IMG/VR virus record: IMGVR_UViG_3300014208_000103
Location: 1 to 30,381 of that record
Source: a virus
Taxonomy: Duplodnaviria; Caudoviricetes
Length of the DNA: 30,381 bases
Direction: 5' to 3' (one strand)
Under the pieces are notes generated by a model. That model was not told the DNA's origin, did no database searches, and worked only from the letters and a program-made list of their open reading frames with translations. This document shows positions 25,728 to 30,381 of this stretch, piece by piece. Each line of letters opens with the position of its first letter. Within the stretch, counting starts at the first letter, position 1. Position numbers and translations under genes: made by a program.

Positions 25728-25958
25728 ATGGAACAATCAGAATTATTACTGGAGTTAGATAATCTAAGGGCAAAGATTGAAACCAACGAAAGACCAATCC
25801 CGTTTAGAGAGGCTTGCCGCTATCTCGATTTAGCCCCTTCGTTTGTTTACAAACTCACCCACCGTAAGGAAATCCCGTGTTATAAGCCTTTTGGGAAGAA
25901 ACTTTACTTTATGAAATCAGAATTAAACGCCTTTATATTACGGAACAAAAAGGGATAA
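25728..25958 (+). CDS. Excisionase-family HTH (HTH_17) DNA-binding protein
   Basis: FREACRYLDLAPSFVYKLTHRKEIPCYKPFGKKLYFMKSEL, a Bacteroidota-type pattern. Confidence 0.85.
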   Translation: MEQSELLLELDNLRAKIETNERPIPFREACRYLDLAPSFVYKLTHRKEIPCYKPFGKKLYFMKSELNAFILRNKKG

Positions 25959-25966
25959 GGAATATC

Positions 25967-26110
25967 ATGGAAAAGAAAAAGGAAAAATATCACTGCTTAA
26001 AATGTGATTACAAGTGGAACCCGAAAAGCAAATTCAAAATTGGCATTCCGAAATCTTGCCCTAATTGCAAGAGCTATACATGGAACGTAAAAAGAAAATT
26101 AACGGTATAA
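25967..26110 (+). CDS. Zinc-ribbon peptide (47 aa), not in the ORF track
   Basis: MEKKKEKYHCLKCDYKWNPKSKFKIGIPKSCPNCKSYTWNVKRKLTV. AAGGA RBS. Confidence 0.7.
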   Translation: MEKKKEKYHCLKCDYKWNPKSKFKIGIPKSCPNCKSYTWNVKRKLTV

Positions 26111-26139
26111 ACAGCTAAACAATAATTAAGGAGAATGAA

Positions 26140-26295
26140 ATGAGGCATGACATTTTGACGGTAACAAAAAACGGTAAAAAGGTTTACCGAGTTAGGTCTT
26201 ATGACACGGCTTACATACCAGCCATAGAGATCGAGCCAAAAGAGTTCACATCAAAAAAAGAATTATTGAAACACATTTCTAAAACCTTAAACTAA
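26140..26295 (+). CDS. Hypothetical 51-aa protein, not in the ORF track
   Basis: MRHDILTVTKNGKKVYRVRSYDTAYIPAIEIEPKEFTSKKELLKHISKTLN. AAGGAG RBS. Confidence 0.6.
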   Translation: MRHDILTVTKNGKKVYRVRSYDTAYIPAIEIEPKEFTSKKELLKHISKTLN

Positions 26296-26304
26296 GGAGT
26301 ACTT

Positions 26305-26658
26305 ATGGAATATGCATTACTCTACGTTGAACAACACGCTATCTCGTTTGTGATAGCAGCGTTTAGCGTTGGATCGTTTGTTGGAATATTTGTCATGGCT
26401 ATAATGGCAGCATCGGGACGCGCTGATCTTGATGCAGAGATTATGCAACTGCAAGCGGACATTGAGAACCTAAGACGATTAGGCGCAGCAAAGGACGTTG
26501 TTGCTCAAAAGTTGAAGGATGATATTGTCGAACTGAAGAAACAAAAACCGTTAAAAACCGGATTTGACTTTAACGGAGCGCGGCAAAAAACTCATATCAA
26601 ACTTTTCCAAAATAACCCCGAAGAGTTTGAAATATCGAAGCAAGGGGGGTTGATATGA
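26305..26658 (+). CDS. Single-TM protein with a coiled coil
   Basis: Hydrophobic FVIAAFSVGSFVGIFVMAIMAA followed by a heptad region. AAGGAG RBS. Confidence 0.65.
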   Translation: MEYALLYVEQHAISFVIAAFSVGSFVGIFVMAIMAASGRADLDAEIMQLQADIENLRRLGAAKDVVAQKLKDDIVELKKQKPLKTGFDFNGARQKTHIKLFQNNPEEFEISKQGGLI

Positions 26659-26900
26659 AAAAGTTTAACCAGTACACACCGGACTATGACAGACCTTGCC
26701 AAATGTATTCCCAATGTTGCGGAAAGCCTTTGAATGGTGATGATCTCGAAAACGAACGTTGCCCGGACTGTAGGGAATATTGCACGCCGGTAGAGTGGAA
26801 TGACGCGCCAACACCGGAAAGCGAACAGATTAAACAGCCTTACGAAATAATAAACGGAGTTTTTAACGAGATCAATTTAATTTTTAAGAAAGCATCGTGA
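26655..26900 (+). CDS. Cys-rich zinc-binding hypothetical protein
   Basis: SQCCGKP...RCPDCREYC. Confidence 0.65.
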   Translation: MKKFNQYTPDYDRPCQMYSQCCGKPLNGDDLENERCPDCREYCTPVEWNDAPTPESEQIKQPYEIINGVFNEINLIFKKAS

Positions 26901-27487
26901 ACCTTACTTACAACGATATTAACCATGAATACAAACTTGACGGAATGACTATTCCTTCCGTTACCCAAGTGCTTAAAGGCGCGGGTTTGGTTAATCTTGA
27001 TTTTGTGAACGAACAACTCTTAGAAGAAAAGGCAGACTTAGGCAAGAAAGTTCATCTTACAACAGAGTTATACGATAACGGAACTCTTGACCTGGACGAA
27101 CTTCACCCAACGTTAAAAGCATACTTAGACCAGTGGATAAAGTTCAGAAAAGATTTCAACTTCATTCCTACAGAAATTGAGTTACAACTCTTCCACAAAC
27201 TTTATCGATACGCCGGAAGGATTGACAGAGTTGGTTTAGCCCAAGGAGTTTTGACCGAACTTGATATAAAGTCCGGGATGAAATTCAAACATCATGCTAT
27301 CCAAAACGCCGGATATGAACTTTTATACAACCAAGGCAAAAAGAGGGGAGAACAAGTTAAAAAAAGAATGACAGTTTATTTAAGCACGGACGGTTACAAG
27401 GTAGAACCACACAACAACGAAAACGATAAGAACGTTTTCCTTTCAGCCCTCACAATTTCAAATTATTTATTAAGGAGTACAAAATGA
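26897..27487 (+). CDS. PD-(D/E)xK (Cas4/RecB-like) exonuclease
   Basis: IPSVTQVL, GKKVH, E...YAGRIDR...DIKSG, Q..GY motifs. Confidence 0.85.
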   Translation: MNLTYNDINHEYKLDGMTIPSVTQVLKGAGLVNLDFVNEQLLEEKADLGKKVHLTTELYDNGTLDLDELHPTLKAYLDQWIKFRKDFNFIPTEIELQLFHKLYRYAGRIDRVGLAQGVLTELDIKSGMKFKHHAIQNAGYELLYNQGKKRGEQVKKRMTVYLSTDGYKVEPHNNENDKNVFLSALTISNYLLRSTK

Positions 27488-28149
27488 GTAACGAAACAAT
27501 TCAAGAAGTTGAAAAAGAAGCCTTAGAATCAATAGCGAAGGCAAGATCAATTTCAATAACATCACAGGAACAATATGACGAAGCGGCTGTTCTTTTAAAA
27601 TTGGTGAAAGAGAGACAAAAAAAAGTGAAAGAGTCTTTCGATCCGATAGTTGATAAAGCACACAAAGCACACAAAGAAGCCGTTGCACAAAGGGACAAAC
27701 TTCTCAACCCATTATTAAACGCTGAAAAAGATTACAAACGTTTGATGATTAATTATGACAACCAAAAAAAAGCCGAAGCAAGGGCAGAACAAGACCGATT
27801 GCAAAAACTTGCAGATGCAGAAGCGGCAAAACAAAAAAAGATTCTTGACGAAAAGATTGCAAGAGCAGAGGCAAGCGGCAAATTAGAAAAAGTCGAAGCA
27901 TTCCAAGCGCAGAAAGAAACGATCATTCCGATTCAAGCTCCGGTAATTGCGGCACGAATCAACAATCCTTCCGGTGTAAGTTATAGAGATAACTGGACGG
28001 CGGAAGTAATTGACATCAACTTAGTTCCCCGTGAATACATGATCGTAAACATTCAAGCCTTAAACGGCATTGCAAAAAGCACAAAAGGTACAATTCAGAT
28101 CCCCGGCGTAAAATTCAATTGTGAAAAAATATTAGCGAGCAGAGGTTAA
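27484..28149 (+). CDS. Coiled-coil phage protein of recombination modules (Gam/Gp157-like position)
   Basis: Long helical region and C-terminal WTAEVID...VPREY...IPGV motif. Confidence 0.65.
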   Translation: MSNETIQEVEKEALESIAKARSISITSQEQYDEAAVLLKLVKERQKKVKESFDPIVDKAHKAHKEAVAQRDKLLNPLLNAEKDYKRLMINYDNQKKAEARAEQDRLQKLADAEAAKQKKILDEKIARAEASGKLEKVEAFQAQKETIIPIQAPVIAARINNPSGVSYRDNWTAEVIDINLVPREYMIVNIQALNGIAKSTKGTIQIPGVKFNCEKILASRG

Positions 28150-28151
28150 TC

Positions 28152-28910
28152 ATGTCAGACGAAGTGATGAAACAAAACCAAGAGTTACAAAACTATTCCC
28201 CCATCGGTTTGATTTCGCAAGCGCTTGCACAAAACGCAACGATTGAAACCTTAGAACGTTTAATGGATTTGCAGGAACGTTGGGAAGCAAGGCAAGCGAA
28301 AAAAGCCTTTGACGAAGCTATGTCATTGTTCCAAAGCAAATGCCCGATTATCAAAAAAATGAAAAAAGGTTCAAAAACGAATACCGGAATCGTCGCCTTT
28401 ATGTACGCTCCGATTGAGGATATAGTTGCCCAAACAAAAGATTTAATCGCTGAATGTGGTTTTAGTTATTTAATCAAAACCCCAACGATCACGAAAAACG
28501 ACGTTACTGTAACTTGCGAAGTGAGGCATCAATTAGGACACTCTGAAATAGGGACAATAACGATGCCTATGCTAACAAAAACAGGTATTATGTCAGACGC
28601 GCAAGTCGTTTCCGGTACATCTACCTTTGCTAAAAGAAATGTTTTCTGTAACTCTTTCGGGATTATGACACAAGAAAAAGATAACGATGGAATAGTTGAG
28701 AAAGCCGAACCCAAAAAAGAAACGATCCCCGCACCGGCGCAAATAAATCGTAAGAATGAAATTGAGAAATGCACAACGACAAAACAGTTAAACGAACTTT
28801 GGAAAAGATTCTCAACAAAAGAACAAGAAGATTATAAAATTTCTTTCACGGCAAAGAAAGAAAAGTTGCAGCCTAAGAAAGTTGATATGACTAATCCGTT
28901 AGGCGTGTAA
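28152..28910 (+). CDS. erf: ERF-family ssDNA-annealing recombinase
   Basis: YAPIEDIV...GFSY...HQLGHSE...SGTSTFAKRNVFCNSFGI...DNDG. Confidence 0.85.
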   Translation: MSDEVMKQNQELQNYSPIGLISQALAQNATIETLERLMDLQERWEARQAKKAFDEAMSLFQSKCPIIKKMKKGSKTNTGIVAFMYAPIEDIVAQTKDLIAECGFSYLIKTPTITKNDVTVTCEVRHQLGHSEIGTITMPMLTKTGIMSDAQVVSGTSTFAKRNVFCNSFGIMTQEKDNDGIVEKAEPKKETIPAPAQINRKNEIEKCTTTKQLNELWKRFSTKEQEDYKISFTAKKEKLQPKKVDMTNPLGV

Positions 28911-28911
28911 C

Positions 28912-29364
28912 TTGAAACTCTTTCTAACAAATACTCCGATGGGATTGAAGCCCGTATATGACGAAGATTACGAAGAAAAGAAAAAGCTGAAACTAAACGA
29001 GACTTACGAAGTGAATATAACTTTAGCCCGTAATCTTCGGTTTCATAGAAAGTTTTTTGCACTTATCGGGATTGGTTTTAACAACTCAAAGAGAGTTACA
29101 GCATCGGAGGAGTTGGCGAAAACAGATGATAAAATTATTCCTCTTACAAAAAAATCTTATCGAGCGTTGGTTATTATGAAATCCGGTTACGTTGATATGA
29201 TTAACACCGGAAGGGGAATAATGGTTTTGCCTAAAAGTATAGCCTTCGAGAACATGGACGAAGAAACTTTTCGTGATCTTTATTCAAAGGCGTTAGACTT
29301 CATCATTGAGGACACAGAAGCAGACCGGGAACTATTTGAAAAAGAACTATCAACATTCATATAA
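28912..29364 (+). CDS. DUF1367-like protein, copy 1
   Basis: RNLRFHRKFFAL...PKSIAFENMDEETFRDLYSK. TTG start. Confidence 0.8.
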   Translation: MKLFLTNTPMGLKPVYDEDYEEKKKLKLNETYEVNITLARNLRFHRKFFALIGIGFNNSKRVTASEELAKTDDKIIPLTKKSYRALVIMKSGYVDMINTGRGIMVLPKSIAFENMDEETFRDLYSKALDFIIEDTEADRELFEKELSTFI

Positions 29365-29376
29365 AGGAAACACAAC

Positions 29377-29805
29377 ATGGCATTTTCATTGAACAGAATC
29401 GAAATAATAGGATCGCTTGGCAAAGATGCCGAAACGAGAACAACGAGTACAGACCTTTCAATTACTTCCTTCTCCGTTGCAACAGAGAACGGCTACAAGG
29501 ATAAAAACGGAGAATGGCAAAATACTACCACATGGCACAATGTAACGGCGTTTAAGGTCCCGGACTTCGTTAAAAGCGCACTTAAAAAAGGTGCTAAGGT
29601 TTATGTTGAAGGACGGTTGGAGGTTCAAGATTACGAAGATAAAGACGGAAACAAAAAAAGATCGGTCAAAATTATTGCTTCGCAAATTATCCCACTTGAT
29701 CGAAGAGAGAGGGGCGAACAACAGGAGCAGCAACAGAGCGAACCGGGCGCAGGGATGAACCCGCCGGGAATGACAAAACAAGAAGAAGAGGACTTGCCAT
29801 TCTAA
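29377..29805 (+). CDS. ssb: Single-stranded DNA-binding protein
   Basis: LNRIEIIGSLGKDAETR...TTWHNV...KGAKVYVEGRL and acidic tail EEDLPF. Confidence 0.95.
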   Translation: MAFSLNRIEIIGSLGKDAETRTTSTDLSITSFSVATENGYKDKNGEWQNTTTWHNVTAFKVPDFVKSALKKGAKVYVEGRLEVQDYEDKDGNKKRSVKIIASQIIPLDRRERGEQQEQQQSEPGAGMNPPGMTKQEEEDLPF

Positions 29806-29827
29806 AGGGTTGTTAAAATGATAAGGC

Positions 29828-29957
29828 ACATAACGATGTGGCTGCTAAACCGCAACGGACATAAAAATATTAACTAAAATTTAGAGGTAAAAATATGTTA
29901 CAGAAAATTAAAAATTTTTTCACAAAAAAGTTGTCGGATTTGAGCCGCTTGTTATAC
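29828..29957 (-). mobile_element. attC-like recombination site C (130 bp)
   Basis: Minus strand: R'' GTATAAC-5-L'' GCT[C]AAAT ... L' GTTTAGC-9-R' GTTATGT. Stem extends with CCGACAAC / GTTGCGG. Confidence 0.8.
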
Positions 29958-29977
29958 GGAAACCGGCGGGAGTAGAA

Positions 29978-30381
29978 ATGAAAACGTTCTTAACAAAAAC
30001 AGAAAAGGGAGTGCTAATTGAAGCGCTCCCTTCCGATGGAGTTTCTAAATTGAAAATCGGTGAAACTTACGAGGTGGAAATTAAACTTGCCCGTAACTAT
30101 TTATTCCATAAAAAGTTTTTCGCACTGGTTAAACTTGGAAGCATAAACACAAAGTTAGAATTACCCTTTGATGTTTATCGAAAAGTAATGATAATGAAAG
30201 CGGGATATTTTAAGGCATACAACACTGGAAAAGGAATATATTACGAAGCAGATTCAATCGCATTTGACCAAATGACGGAGGAGAAATTCCAAGAGGTTTA
30301 CAGCCGCGTACTTGATAAAATAATTGAGGATATTGGGGCAGATAAAGAACTATTTGAAAAAGAACTATCAACATTTATTTA
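29978..30381 (+). CDS. DUF1367-like protein, copy 2 (134 codons; probable stop cut by the window edge), not in the ORF track
   Basis: MKTFLTKTEKG...ARNYLFHKKFFAL...DSIAFDQMTEEKFQEVYSRV...ELFEKELSTFI. GGAG RBS. Confidence 0.85.
   Translation, partial: MKTFLTKTEKGVLIEALPSDGVSKLKIGETYEVEIKLARNYLFHKKFFALVKLGSINTKLELPFDVYRKVMIMKAGYFKAYNTGKGIYYEADSIAFDQMTEEKFQEVYSRVLDKIIEDIGADKELFEKELSTFI

Noticed and set aside
26897-27487. CRISPR-associated Cas4
   Set aside because: No Fe-S cysteine cluster, no array or other cas genes, and the context is an ERF/SSB recombination module.
29329-30375. DGR template/variable repeat pair
   Set aside because: The repeat is short and identical, with no adenine-specific differences and no reverse transcriptase in the window.
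1-30381. Alternative genetic code, tRNAs, integron integrase or lysis cassette
   Set aside because: Genes are intact and densely packed under code 11. No cloverleaf, tyrosine-recombinase motif set or lysin was recognised by eye.

Overview
AT-rich fragment of a tailed dsDNA phage or prophage with podovirus-like architecture. The likely host is an FCB-group bacterium, most plausibly Ignavibacteria, judged from the SSB style, the Bacteroidota-type HTH protein and a signal peptide followed by Gln. The minus strand (1-25164) carries a packaging and virion operon: TerS; a RepL-like gene with 21-bp iterons; TerL interrupted by a class 3-type LAGLIDADG intein; a P22-like portal; a signal-peptide protein; scaffold; an N4-gp56-type major capsid protein with a hydrophobic leader; three paralogous adaptor/ring proteins; a nozzle with CBM-like inserts; a GNAT protein; and three ejection proteins. 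The last of these is a >1126-aa polyvalent protein with an ADP-ribosyltransferase-like domain that the ORF track missed. The plus strand (25451-30381) carries an early/recombination module: HTH, zinc ribbons, PD-(D/E)xK nuclease, ERF, SSB and two DUF1367-like copies. The most striking unexplained structure is three complete integron attC-like sites (24677-24806, 25272-25396, 29828-29957). They differ in sequence but share the same box geometry, they delimit cassettes of ordinary phage genes with matched ends, and each is oriented against the local genes. No integrase, lysis genes, tRNA or CRISPR array were seen. All family assignments come from motif recognition by eye, not from database searches.
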